A DNA stretch of 64,000 nt. Source: Rathayibacter sp. VKM Ac-2760 (GTDB taxonomy: Bacteria; Actinomycetota; Actinomycetes; Actinomycetales; Microbacteriaceae). The translations under genes and the position numbers were made by a program. Each line of letters opens with the position of its first letter. Positions within the stretch are counted from its first letter, which is position 1. Positions 26,273 through 34,875 of the stretch are shown piece by piece. The notes beneath the pieces are model-generated. The model was not told the DNA's origin, did not search any database, and saw nothing but the letters and a program-made list of their open reading frames with translations. The stretch spans positions 1,391,725 to 1,455,724 of the forward strand of contig NZ_CP047173.1 in NCBI RefSeq assembly GCF_009834185.1, given 5' to 3'.

Positions 26273-27164
26273 CGGTCGCGACCCGCGCGCGGGCCGCCCT
26301 GGGCTGATGGCTGCGCGAGGGGGCGCCGAGGCGGTCGGCGAGCTGCGCGAGGATCCGGCGCTGCAGCCGCGAGACCTGCATCTGCGTGGTCCCGAGCGCG
26401 TCGGCGATCTGCTGCTGCGTCATCTCCTCGACGAAGCGCATCCGGAGCAGCTCGCGCTGGCCGGCCTCCAGCTCCGCGAGCGCCTCGGCCAGACCGTGCC
26501 GGCGGTCGATCGCGGCGAGGTCCGCGTCGTCTCCGCCGAGCGTCTCGCCCAGGCGGACGCCGGTCTCGCCGACCGACTCGTCGAGCGAGAGCGGGTGCCC
26601 CGCCGAGCGCGCGTCCGCGACCTCGGCCGGGTCGACGCCGAGCCGCCGCGCGATCTCGCGATCGGACGGATGACGGCCGAGCTCCTGCGCCAGCTCGTCG
26701 GCGACGACCGCCGAGCGCCGGTGCAGCTCCTGCACCCCGCGGGGCGGCCGGATCATCCAGCCCAGATCGCGGAGATGGCGCTTCAGCTCACCCGTGATCG
26801 TGGGCACCGCGAACGCGGCGAAGCTGTCGCCGCGCTCCGGGCTGAACCGCCGGGCCGCCTTCACGAGACCGACGTAGGCGACCTGCCGGAGATCCGCGCG
26901 ATCGCCGCCGCCGCGGGAGACCCGGTTCGCCATCGCCTCGGCCAGGCCGAGGTGGTCGAGCACGATGCGCTCGCGGATCCGCGCGCCCTCGGCGTCGTCG
27001 GCGCCGGCCGCCGCCTGGAACAGCGAGAGCGTGCGCGCGTCCTTCTCCTCGCGCGGCGATCCGGCCGCCGGGGGGAGCGCGGGCGGCACGGAGGCGGGCG
27101 GCACAGGGGCGGGCGGCACGGGGGCGGGGAGTGCAGTGGCGGTGGCGAGAACGACCGTGCTCAT
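26232..27164 (-). CDS. RNA polymerase sigma factor, SigB/SigF/SigG (group 3) type
   Basis: The ATG at 27164 follows GGAAGGGG. Region 2 (LRQVAYVGLVKAARRFSPERGDSFAAFAVPTITGELKRHLRD) and region 4 (RELLRMRFVEEMTQQQIADALGTTQMQVSRL) are present. The 3' end overlaps the convergent GT9 gene by 41 nt. Confidence 0.8.
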   Translation of the reverse strand: MSTVVLATATALPAPVPPAPVPPASVPPALPPAAGSPREEKDARTLSLFQAAAGADDAEGARIRERIVLDHLGLAEAMANRVSRGGGDRADLRQVAYVGLVKAARRFSPERGDSFAAFAVPTITGELKRHLRDLGWMIRPPRGVQELHRRSAVVADELAQELGRHPSDREIARRLGVDPAEVADARSAGHPLSLDESVGETGVRLGETLGGDDADLAAIDRRHGLAEALAELEAGQRELLRMRFVEEMTQQQIADALGTTQMQVSRLQRRILAQLADRLGAPSRSHQPRAARARVATVTPVRPAARLRTA

Positions 27165-27353
27165 CGGTACCCCTTCCGGGCATGCTGGCGCCCAGGTCCG
27201 GAGCGGCGGGTTGCGACGCGCTCGTCGTCGAGCGGCCCCGGGAGAAGCGGTGCCCACAGGCCACCACTGCTCCTCTCGTTCTAGAAGTCCGTTGACTCGG
27301 AGCACTGCTTCGCGCTAGGCACCCCGAGCGCACCCGCCTCCGGCACGTCGAAC

Positions 27354-28200
27354 CACCTCCGGCTCGCAGATCCGCGTCCGGCTCGCTGAATCTCCCGTTT
27401 CCCGCGAGCCGAGCCTGTTTCCGCGAGCCGAGCCTCGACCCGTGGCACCTCCGGCTCGCAGAATGACGTCCGGCTCGCCGAATCGCCTGATTCCCGCGAG
27501 CCGAACCGGTTTCCGCGAGCCGAACCTCGGCCCGCGTCACCTCCGGCTCGCAGATTCGCGTCCGGCTCGCTGAATCGTCTGAATCCGGCGAGCCGAACGG
27601 GTTTCCGCGAGCCGAACCTCGGTCCTCGTCACCTCCGGCTCGCAGATTCGCGTCCGGCTCGCTGAATCGCCCGTTTCCCGCGAGCCGAACGGATTTCCGC
27701 GAGCCGAGCCTCGACCCGTGGCACCTCCGGCTCGCAGAATGACGTCCGGCTCGCCGAATCGCCCGATTCCCGCGAGCCGGACCGGTTTCCGCGAGCCGAA
27801 TCTCGGTCCGAGTCACCTCCGGCTCGCAGATTCGCGTCCGGCTCGCTGAATCGCCCATTTCCCGCGAGCCGGACCGGTTTCCGCGAGCCGAACCGCGACC
27901 CGCGTCACCTCGGGCTCGCAGAATGACGTCCGGCTCGCTGAATCACCTGATTCCCGCGAGCCGAACGGGTTTCCGCGAGCCGAACCTCGGTCCGCGTCAC
28001 CTCCGGCTCGCAGATTGACGTCCGGCTCGCCGAATCGCCTGATTCCCGCGAGCCGGACCGGTTTCCACGAGCCGAGCCTCGGCCCGCGTCACCTCCGGCT
28101 CGCAGATTGACGTCCGGCTCGCCGAATCGCCCGTTTCCCGCGAGCCGAACCGGTTTCCGCGAGCCCGACCTCGGCCCGCGCCACCTCCGCCCCGCAGACC
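27354..28200. repeat. tandem array of nine exact-length 92-bp units plus a degenerate tenth
   Basis: Unit starts (CACCTCCGGCTCGCAGA) are at 27354, 27446, 27538, 27630, 27722, 27814, 27906, 27998, 28090 and 28182. Each unit holds 2x CCGGCTCGC and 2x GCGAGCCG (mutually inverted). Confidence 0.95.
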
Positions 28201-28288
28201 CCCCCCGCCCCGCCCACCACTCCGACCCCGCCCCATCCCCCTCCCGCCCCCTCGCTGTCCAGTCCGCCCCCGATCCCCGCCCCGCCGC

Positions 28289-28294
28289 TAGAAT
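28289..28294 (+). promoter_or_regulatory. candidate -10 hexamer TAGAAT for a leaderless or short-leader gltX mRNA
   Basis: TAGAAT ends 9 nt before the gltX ATG and no Shine-Dalgarno lies between them. Leaderless mRNAs are common in actinobacteria. Confidence 0.3.
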
Positions 28295-28302
28295 CGCCGC
28301 GT

Positions 28303-29844
28303 ATGTCTGAGCTCACCCCGCCCTCCGATCGCGCCCACGACGCGCACCCGTTCACCACCGCGACCGGGAGCGACGTCCGCGTCCGCTTCTGCCCGTCCCC
28401 GACCGGGACGCCGCACGTCGGCCTCATCCGCACCGCCCTGTTCAACTGGGCCTACGCGCGGCACACCGGAGGCACCTTCGTCTTCCGGATCGAGGACACC
28501 GACGCGGCCCGCGACAGCGAGGAGAGCTACGAGCAGCTCATCGACGCGCTGCAGTGGCTGAAGCTCGACTGGGACGAGGGCGTCGGAGTCGGCGGCCCGC
28601 ACGGCCCGTACCGCCAGTCCGAGCGCAGCGACGTCTACACCGACGTCATCCAGCGCCTGCTCGCCTCCGGCCACCTCTACGAGAGCTACTCGAACGCGGA
28701 GGAGATCGACGCCCGCAACGAGGCGGCCGGCCGCGCCAAGCAGCACGGCTACGACAACCACGACCGCGACCTCACCGAGGAGCAGCGCGCCGCCTTCCGC
28801 GCCGAGGGCCGCAGCCCCGCGCTGCGCCTGCGCGTCCCGGACGCCGACCTCTCCTTCGACGACCTCGTCCGCGGCGAGATCACCTTCCCGGCCGGCTCGT
28901 TCAGCGACTTCGTCGTCGTCCGCCCCAACGGCCAGCCGCTCTACACGCTGGTGAACCCGGTCGACGACGCGCTCATGCAGATCACCCACGTCCTCCGCGG
29001 CGAGGACATCCTGCCCTCCACCGCGCGCCAGATCGCGCTGTACCACGCGCTGATCGACATCGGAGTGACGACGTTCGTCCCGCGCTTCGGTCACCTCCCC
29101 TACGTGATGGGGGAGGGCAACAAGAAGCTCTCCAAGCGCGACCCCTCGGCCAACCTCTTCCACCACCGCGACCGCGGCTTCATCCCCGAGGGCCTGGTCA
29201 ACTACCTCGCCCTGCTCGGCTGGTCGCTCACCCACGACCGCGACGTCTTCTCGATCGACGAGATGATCGCCGCCTTCGACGTCGCCGACGTGAACCCCAA
29301 CCCGGCCCGCTTCGACCTCAAGAAGGCCGAGTCGATCAACGGCGACCACATCCGCCTGCTCGCGGTCGACGACTTCACCGAGCGCACCATCCCCTACCTG
29401 ATCGCCGCCGGCGTTCTCGAGGGCCGGCCGACCGCCGACCAGCGCGCCGTCCTCGACGCCGCCGCCCCGCTCGTCCAGGAGCGGATCGGCCTGCTCGGCG
29501 AGGCGCCCGGCATGCTCGGCTTCCTCTTCACCACCGCCGACGCCCTCTCCTACGACGAGGACGCGCTGAAGGGCCTGCCCGCGAACGCCGGCGAGGTCCT
29601 CGCCGCATCGATCGGCGCCCTCGAGCTCGTGCCCGAGGGGGAGTGGCTGACCGCTTCGATCCAGGAGGCGCTCGCCGGCGCCCTGATCGAGGGCCTGGGC
29701 CTCAAGCCCCGCATCGCCTACGGGCCGTTGCGCACCGCGATCTCGGGCCGCCGCGTCTCGCCGCCGCTGTTCGAGTCGATGGAGATCCTCGGCAAGTCCG
29801 AGTCGATCGCCCGCCTCGCCCGCCTCGCCGACACCCGGAGCTGA
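28303..29844 (+). CDS. gltX: glutamate--tRNA ligase
   Basis: 513 aa with the HIGH-type motif [15 protein letters not shown] and the KMSKS-type KLSKRD. Confidence 0.95.
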   Translation: MSELTPPSDRAHDAHPFTTATGSDVRVRFCPSPTGTPHVGLIRTALFNWAYARHTGGTFVFRIEDTDAARDSEESYEQLIDALQWLKLDWDEGVGVGGPHGPYRQSERSDVYTDVIQRLLASGHLYESYSNAEEIDARNEAAGRAKQHGYDNHDRDLTEEQRAAFRAEGRSPALRLRVPDADLSFDDLVRGEITFPAGSFSDFVVVRPNGQPLYTLVNPVDDALMQITHVLRGEDILPSTARQIALYHALIDIGVTTFVPRFGHLPYVMGEGNKKLSKRDPSANLFHHRDRGFIPEGLVNYLALLGWSLTHDRDVFSIDEMIAAFDVADVNPNPARFDLKKAESINGDHIRLLAVDDFTERTIPYLIAAGVLEGRPTADQRAVLDAAAPLVQERIGLLGEAPGMLGFLFTTADALSYDEDALKGLPANAGEVLAASIGALELVPEGEWLTASIQEALAGALIEGLGLKPRIAYGPLRTAISGRRVSPPLFESMEILGKSESIARLARLADTRS

Positions 29845-29846
29845 TC

Positions 29847-30851
29847 GTGGCGGAGGTGCAGGGCGGCCACTACGACGTCGTCATCATCGGAGCCGGTCCC
29901 GCGGGCCTGTCCGCCGGGCTGAATCTCGTTCGTGCGCGCCGCAGCGTGCTGCTGCTCGACAGCAACCGGCCGCGCAACGCGGCGACCCTGCACTCGCACG
30001 GCTTCCTCACCCGCGACGGCGTCTCGCCGCTCGAGCTGCGCCGCCTCGGCCGCGCCGAGCTGGAGCAGTACGACGAGGCCGAGGTGCACAACGCGATGGT
30101 CACCTCCGTCGAGCGCTCCGGCGGCGAGTTCGTCGTCACCGCGAAGGGCGTCCGCGGCTCGGCCGACCGCTCGGTGCTCGCGACCGCCGTCGTCGTCGCC
30201 GGCGGCCTCTCCGAGCGCCTGCCGACGCTGCCGAGCCTCCGCGCCTACTACGGCACCGCCGTGCACAGCTGCATGGAGTGCGACGGCTACGAGAAGGCCG
30301 GCGAGCCGCTCGCGCTGATCGGCGAGACCGCCGACCTCGCCGAGCGCGCCATGCTGCTCTCGCAGTGGTCGACCGACCTCATCGTCTTCACCAACGGCGT
30401 CGGAGTCGTCAGCGACGCCGACGAGTCGCTGCTCGGCTCGATCGGCATCCGCGTCGAGCGCCGCCCCGTCGCCGACCTCGCGGGGGAGCGCGCCGTGATG
30501 ACCGGAGTCGCCCTCGCCGACGGCGACGTCATCCCGCGCACCGGCGCCTTCGTCCGCCCGGTCTGGGTGCCCGTCCTCGACTACCTCGACCCGGCCGGCC
30601 CCGACGTGGACGCCGACGGCTTCCTCCGCGTCGACGCGGGCGGCCGCACCTCCGTCCCCGGCCTCTACGGCGCCGGCGAGGTCACCGCCCCCGGACCGCA
30701 GCAGCTGATCGTCGCCGCCGGCTCCGGCGCGCAGGTCGCCTCGGCGATCAACCGCGACCTCGTCCGCGCCCGCCTCGGCGAGGCCGCGCCCGAGTCGGAG
30801 GCCCCCGCCATCGACACCCGGGCCGCCGATCTGAGCGACGTCCGTCCGTAG
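29847..30851 (+). CDS. NAD(P)/FAD-dependent oxidoreductase (thioredoxin-reductase-like)
   Basis: The GTG at 29847 lies 2 nt after the gltX stop. Motifs: VVIIGAGPAGLSAG, a redox-type CMEC, GLYGAGEV. Confidence 0.8.
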   Translation: MAEVQGGHYDVVIIGAGPAGLSAGLNLVRARRSVLLLDSNRPRNAATLHSHGFLTRDGVSPLELRRLGRAELEQYDEAEVHNAMVTSVERSGGEFVVTAKGVRGSADRSVLATAVVVAGGLSERLPTLPSLRAYYGTAVHSCMECDGYEKAGEPLALIGETADLAERAMLLSQWSTDLIVFTNGVGVVSDADESLLGSIGIRVERRPVADLAGERAVMTGVALADGDVIPRTGAFVRPVWVPVLDYLDPAGPDVDADGFLRVDAGGRTSVPGLYGAGEVTAPGPQQLIVAAGSGAQVASAINRDLVRARLGEAAPESEAPAIDTRAADLSDVRP

Positions 30852-30887
30852 CCCGGGCCGGTCGATTTGAGCGACGTCCGTCCGTAG
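30817..30887 (+). repeat. 35/36-nt tandem duplication that includes the stop codon of the preceding gene
   Basis: CCCGGGCCGCCGATCTGAGCGACGTCCGTCCGTAG (30817-30851) is followed by CCCGGGCCGGTCGATTTGAGCGACGTCCGTCCGTAG (30852-30887). Confidence 0.8.
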
Positions 30888-30960
30888 GGTACTGTCGTCT
30901 CTCGGCGCCGGGTTCACCCCCGATCGCCATCTGGTCCCGGCCTCACCGCCGGATGACCAT

Positions 30961-31032
30961 TGGGGTATGGTGTAATTGGCAACACGACTGATTCTGGTTC
31001 AGTTGTTCTTGGTTCGAGTCCAGGTACCCCAG
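30961..31032 (+). tRNA. tRNA-Gln (anticodon CTG)
   Basis: A hand-folded cloverleaf: acceptor TGGGGTA/TACCCCA, D stem GTGT/ACAC, anticodon stem ACTGA/TCAGT with loop TTCTGGT, and T arm CTTGG-TTCGAGT-CCAGG. CCA is not encoded. Confidence 0.9.
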
Positions 31033-31240
31033 CACTTCTCCTCCTCGCCCTGAGGATCCTCGCCCGGCTGTCGCCCGCCGCTGTTCCGGCTGTGTCGTTC
31101 CGGCAGCGCCGCGCGTCTCGCGCAGGGCCGCTGCATCCCCCGCCCGGCCGACGCCCGACTCCTCCCGGCATGCCACGATGAACCTGTACATCGCTCAGAA
31201 ACCCGCCTCCCGCGGGTTCCGAGAAGGGGGTCTCTCGTCC

Positions 31241-32761
31241 ATGAATTCTGATCTGCTCTGGGTCGTCGGCGCCGGCATCGTCGTCGGCGTCGTGCTGCTG
31301 CTCGCCATCATCGGCTTCTTCATCTTCCGGGCCTGGTACCAGGTCCCGCAGGCCGACGAGGCCATCGTGATCGTCGGAAAGAAGCAGAAGGGCGACGACG
31401 GCCTGACCTCGAACATGACCGTCATCACCGGCGGCGGCGCCTTCGTCAACAAGCTGACCCAGCGCTCCGACCGCATCTCGCTGCGGTCGCGGCAGATCAA
31501 GATGGAGCCGGTCGCGCAGACCAAGAACGGCGTCACGATCCACCTCGCGGGCGTCGCCCTCGTCAAGATCGGCTCCACGCCCGACCAGGTGCGCGCCGCC
31601 GCCGAGCGGTTCGCCTCTCAGGACCAGTCGATCGACGTCTTCACGACCGAGCAGCTCGAGGGCGCGCTGCGCGGCGTCGTCGCGAAGCTCAGCGTCGAGG
31701 AGGTCATGCAGGACCGCCAGAAGCTCGGTGACGAGATCGCCGAGGGCATCAAGGGCGACCTGCTCGCCCAGGGGCTCGTCCTCGACTCCTTCGCCATCCA
31801 GGGCGTCACCGACCGCAACGGCTACATCGAGGCGCTCGGCGCGCAGGAGATCGAGCGCGTCCGCCGCGAGGCCGACGTCGCCCGGATCAACGCGGCCCGC
31901 GAGGTCAAGGCCCGTCAGCTCGCCACCGACGAGGCGAACCTGATCGAGCAGACCGCCTTCGACAAGAACACCGCCGCCTCGAAGTCCGAGGTCGGCCGCG
32001 CCAACGCCGAGGCCGAGCAGGCCGAGAACCTCGCCCGCGCCGAGCGCGAGCAGGCCGTCCTCGTCCAGCGCGCCGAGAACCGGCAGGCCGAGCTCGACGC
32101 CGACGTCAAGCGCGTCGCCGACGCCGAGAAGTACCGCCGCCAGACCGAGGCCGACGCCGACGCCTACGGGCGCGAGAAGAAGGCCTCGACGGATCGCCAG
32201 GTCGCGCAGCAGGTGTCCGACGCCGAGGCCTACGCCGTCCAGCGCCAGGCCGAGGCCCGTCAGGCGTCCGCCGCGGCCGAGGCGGCGGCTCTGAGCGCCC
32301 GCGCCGAGGCGGAGGCCCACGCCCTGCGGGCCAAGGCCGGCGCCGAGGCCGAGGCCCTGCGCGCGAACGCCGCGGCCGAGGCGGAGGCCATCCGCGCTAA
32401 GGGTGAGGCGAGCGCGGCCGCGATCCAGGCCGAGGCGGAGGCCCTCCGCGAGAACCAGGAGGCGATCCTGGGCCGCGAGCTCATCGGACAGCTCCCCTCC
32501 CTCATGGCGGAGTTCGCGAAGGGCTACCAGAACGTCGGCACCGTCACCCTGATCGGCGGCGACACCGCCGGCACCCACATCGCCCGGGAGCAGGCGGCGA
32601 GCCTCGCGGCCACCTTCGACAGCGTGAAGTCCGCGACCGGCGTCGACCTCGGCGCGATCCTGCAGGGCCAGGCGTTCGGCCGGGGAGTGGCGTCGGCCGC
32701 CGAGCCCGCCGCTCCCACCGGCCTCACCGGCGATCCCACCGCCGTCCCCTCGACGAGCTGA
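31241..32761 (+). CDS. flotillin-like SPFH/band-7 domain protein
   Basis: An N-terminal TM helix, an SPFH core, and a long Ala/Glu-rich coiled-coil (AEAEA repeats). The ATG at 31241 after GAAGGGGG is preferred to the track start 31178. Confidence 0.8.
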   Translation: MNSDLLWVVGAGIVVGVVLLLAIIGFFIFRAWYQVPQADEAIVIVGKKQKGDDGLTSNMTVITGGGAFVNKLTQRSDRISLRSRQIKMEPVAQTKNGVTIHLAGVALVKIGSTPDQVRAAAERFASQDQSIDVFTTEQLEGALRGVVAKLSVEEVMQDRQKLGDEIAEGIKGDLLAQGLVLDSFAIQGVTDRNGYIEALGAQEIERVRREADVARINAAREVKARQLATDEANLIEQTAFDKNTAASKSEVGRANAEAEQAENLARAEREQAVLVQRAENRQAELDADVKRVADAEKYRRQTEADADAYGREKKASTDRQVAQQVSDAEAYAVQRQAEARQASAAAEAAALSARAEAEAHALRAKAGAEAEALRANAAAEAEAIRAKGEASAAAIQAEAEALRENQEAILGRELIGQLPSLMAEFAKGYQNVGTVTLIGGDTAGTHIAREQAASLAATFDSVKSATGVDLGAILQGQAFGRGVASAAEPAAPTGLTGDPTAVPSTS

Positions 32762-32905
32762 CCGCCGATCCGTCGCGGACGGCCGCCTCGACGGCCGGCG
32801 GACGACCGTTCGCGACGGATCGAGCACGCCTCAGGCTTGTCGAGCACGGGAAGGGCGATCCGTCCACTCCCCGCGGGCCCCGCGGTCCGGACGTACGCTG
32901 ACCGG

Positions 32906-33679
32906 ATGAGGCAGGGTCGGACGCGCGCGCTCGGCGGCGCCGCGCTGGCGCTGACCGCGGTGCTCCTGCTGGCCGGCTGCAGCGGCGACTCCTTCCGCGC
33001 GGACTTCGCGCGGACCTTCGGCAGCGACGAGTCGGTCGCCGATGTGGAGCTCGCGAGCGTCGACGACAGGCCGTTCAGCGGCGGAGTGAGCGCCGAGGTC
33101 GTGGCCCGCGAGGACCTGTCCGATGCCGACCTGACGTCCCTCGCCGCCCGGTTGGCCACCTTCGCCGCGAAGCGTCCGACGGGCGACGTGCGGATCCTCC
33201 TCGACGCCGAGGACCTCACCCTGCCCGTCTCCGGCGACGACGCCCTTACGTCCGGCCGGATCGCGGCCGCGCTCGCGCTCCGGGACGACTCGCGGGTCTC
33301 GTCCCTCGCCCTCGCCGCCGACGACAGCGAGGACCGCGTCAGCGGACTGAGCCTCTTCCTGGCGGAGGGGACGTCCGCCGCGGACGCCTTCGCACTCGCC
33401 CGCGACGCGCCCGCGCTGCTCCCCGACGCCCCACCCCTGCACATCAGCGTCCAGAGCGCCGACCGCGCGCAGCTCGTCACCGGCTCCCCGGGCCCGTGGC
33501 TCGACGACGCGGAGCGCCTCTGGACCGCGATCTCGGCCGCCGTCCCCGCCGCGGGCTTCCGCGCCGACTCCGACCACCTCGACGTGACCCTGACGAGCGA
33601 CGCCGACCGCGCCGCGGCGACGCTCGCCGCCGACACTGTCCCCAGCGACGGCATCTCCGTCACGTTCTCCGCCCCCTGA
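32906..33679 (+). CDS. hypothetical lipoprotein
   Basis: The ATG at 32906 gives MRQGRTRALGGAALALTAVLLLAGCSG (signal peptide plus lipobox LAGC). I recognise no domain. Confidence 0.6.
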   Translation: MRQGRTRALGGAALALTAVLLLAGCSGDSFRADFARTFGSDESVADVELASVDDRPFSGGVSAEVVAREDLSDADLTSLAARLATFAAKRPTGDVRILLDAEDLTLPVSGDDALTSGRIAAALALRDDSRVSSLALAADDSEDRVSGLSLFLAEGTSAADAFALARDAPALLPDAPPLHISVQSADRAQLVTGSPGPWLDDAERLWTAISAAVPAAGFRADSDHLDVTLTSDADRAAATLAADTVPSDGISVTFSAP

Positions 33680-33770
33680 CCGCCGAGGACGCACCCCGTT
33701 CGCTGCCCATCGCACAGCGAGGTGCAGGTCGTCACGGTCGGAGGGCGACCGATCAGCCGGAGGAGGCTCC

Positions 33771-33926
33771 ATGAAGCGCAAAGACGTGACCGCCGAGGCT
33801 CTCCGCCGTGCCGCAGAGCGATCGACGCGTGCCTCGGCCGCCTTGGAGAACCGCTCGGTGCCGACCGATACCGTCCGCTCCGACAGGGTGGCTCGATTCC
33901 TCGCTGCCCGGGGGTCCCGCGCCTGA
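33771..33926 (+). CDS. small ORF, VbhA-like (Fic-inhibitory antitoxin motif)
   Basis: 51 aa, below the ORF-track cutoff. GGAGGA lies 5 nt upstream of the ATG. It contains S-A-A-L-E-N, matching the [S/T]xxxE[G/N] Fic-inhibition motif. No Fic gene is adjacent. Confidence 0.3.
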   Translation: MKRKDVTAEALRRAAERSTRASAALENRSVPTDTVRSDRVARFLAARGSRA

Positions 33927-34109
33927 CCGGCGTCGGTCCCGCGTGCACGGGTGATGCTCTGCACGCTGATCGTGTGGCAGATGCTTCCCGACGCGGTCGC
34001 GGTGAAGGGCGGCATAGGTGTGAAGCTCCGTCTCGGTGAGCCAGGCGACAAGTCCGCGGACGGGAAGGGCGCGAGCGACGCGGTCACGCCGCCCGCTCGC
34101 ACAGCCCGC

Positions 34110-34183
34110 CGCGCAACATCAGCCCGGAGCCGACCTCAGCCACGATGGCGGACGGCGACCGCTCTCAGCCGACGTTCTGCGCG
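34110..34183 (+). repeat. family-2 palindromic element, copy C (degenerate)
   Basis: CGCGCAACATCAGCCCGGAG ... CTCTCAGCCGACGTTCTGCGCG, with the centre CCACGATGGCGGACGG. Confidence 0.65.
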
Positions 34184-34255
34184 GCCCGCGCGCGCCGTCG
34201 GTCTCGTCCAACACTCCGATCGCTCGGAATCGAGTTCCGTATTACGATAATCGTC

Positions 34256-34519
34256 ATGAGCGACGGGGAGACGATCGACGGCCGGCCGGTGACGGAGGAG
34301 CAGATCGCAGAGTGGGCGGCGGAGGCGGAGCGCGGCTACGACATCGATGCCCTCAAGGCGAGAGGCCGAGGACGCCCCGGTAGAGGCGCTCTCCCCTCGC
34401 AGGTCGTCGCCGTTCGGCTCACCCTGGACGAGCTCGCCGCACTCGACGAGCGCGCCGCCCGGGAGCACAAGACGCGCTCCGAGGTCGTCCGCGAGGCGCT
34501 CGCCGCGTCGGCGGCGTGA
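34256..34519 (+). CDS. ribbon-helix-helix (CopG-like) antitoxin
   Basis: 87 aa from the ATG at 34256. The C-terminal RHH is VVAVRLTLDELAALDERAAREHKTRSEVVREAL. GTGA overlap with the next ORF. Confidence 0.7.
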   Translation: MSDGETIDGRPVTEEQIAEWAAEAERGYDIDALKARGRGRPGRGALPSQVVAVRLTLDELAALDERAAREHKTRSEVVREALAASAA

Positions 34520-34755
34520 AGGTCCACCCTTCGGCGCTCAAGCACGGGATCTCGGCGGACGACGCCGTCCACGCCGCAGACCTGGCGCTCTGGGTCGAGG
34601 AACTCGACGACGACTCTCCGGCGCGTCAGCTCCGCCTGGGCTTCGATACCCGCGGTCGGCTCCTCGAGACGGTCGTCCTGATCTTCGACAGCGGCCACGA
34701 ACTCGTCATTCACGCGATGAAGGCCCGCCCGGGCATGATCGAGCTCCTGCCCTGA
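34516..34755 (+). CDS. BrnT-like small toxin candidate
   Basis: 79 aa. The motif order KHGIS ... GRLLETVV ... VIHAMKARP resembles the BrnT family (KHGVS ... ISARKA). It is coupled to the RHH gene, but the gene order is the reverse of classical BrnTA. Confidence 0.5.
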   Translation: MKVHPSALKHGISADDAVHAADLALWVEELDDDSPARQLRLGFDTRGRLLETVVLIFDSGHELVIHAMKARPGMIELLP

Positions 34756-34779
34756 CGGGCCGCTGACGGGTCGTTCAGG

Positions 34780-34795
34780 CCGACGCGCGCGTCGG
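34780..34795. terminator. 16-bp perfect palindrome CCGACGCGCGCGTCGG between convergent genes
   Basis: It lies between the toxin-like ORF (+) and the DUF2075 gene (-). There is no U-tract. Confidence 0.3.
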
Positions 34796-34875
34796 TGCCG
34801 GTCAGGGGCGATACGTCTGTGCGGCTCCCCGCTGCGTCCTCCCTCTTCCGAACGTCGGCGACTTCTCGCGCCCCC

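Noticed and set aside
26788-27858. 356-aa track ORF (and 27997..28236, 28089..28445) running through the tandem repeats, with repeated peptide blocks.
   Set aside because: The 92-nt period is not divisible by 3, so the peptide only recurs every third unit. The ORF also overlaps the sigma gene out of frame. The composition is Arg/Ser/Ala-rich shadow, so it is treated as non-coding.
27354-28200. Could the regularly spaced repeats be a CRISPR array?
   Set aside because: The whole 92-bp unit is conserved, so there are no unique spacers. The short internal repeats are 9 nt and occur in both orientations. No cas genes are in the window. It is a tandem minisatellite-like array, not CRISPR.
31033-31177. 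An expected tRNA-Glu after tRNA-Gln, as is often seen downstream of gltX in actinobacteria.
   Set aside because: No cloverleaf-compatible sequence could be folded by eye in this spacer. Only tRNA-Gln is supported.
33930-34110. Calling an AbiEii-like or other toxin pseudogene as a feature.
   Set aside because: The similarity is limited to a few residues in one frame, and an alternative minus-strand frame looks equally protein-like. There is no start or stop structure. It is kept only as a low-confidence remark in a finding.
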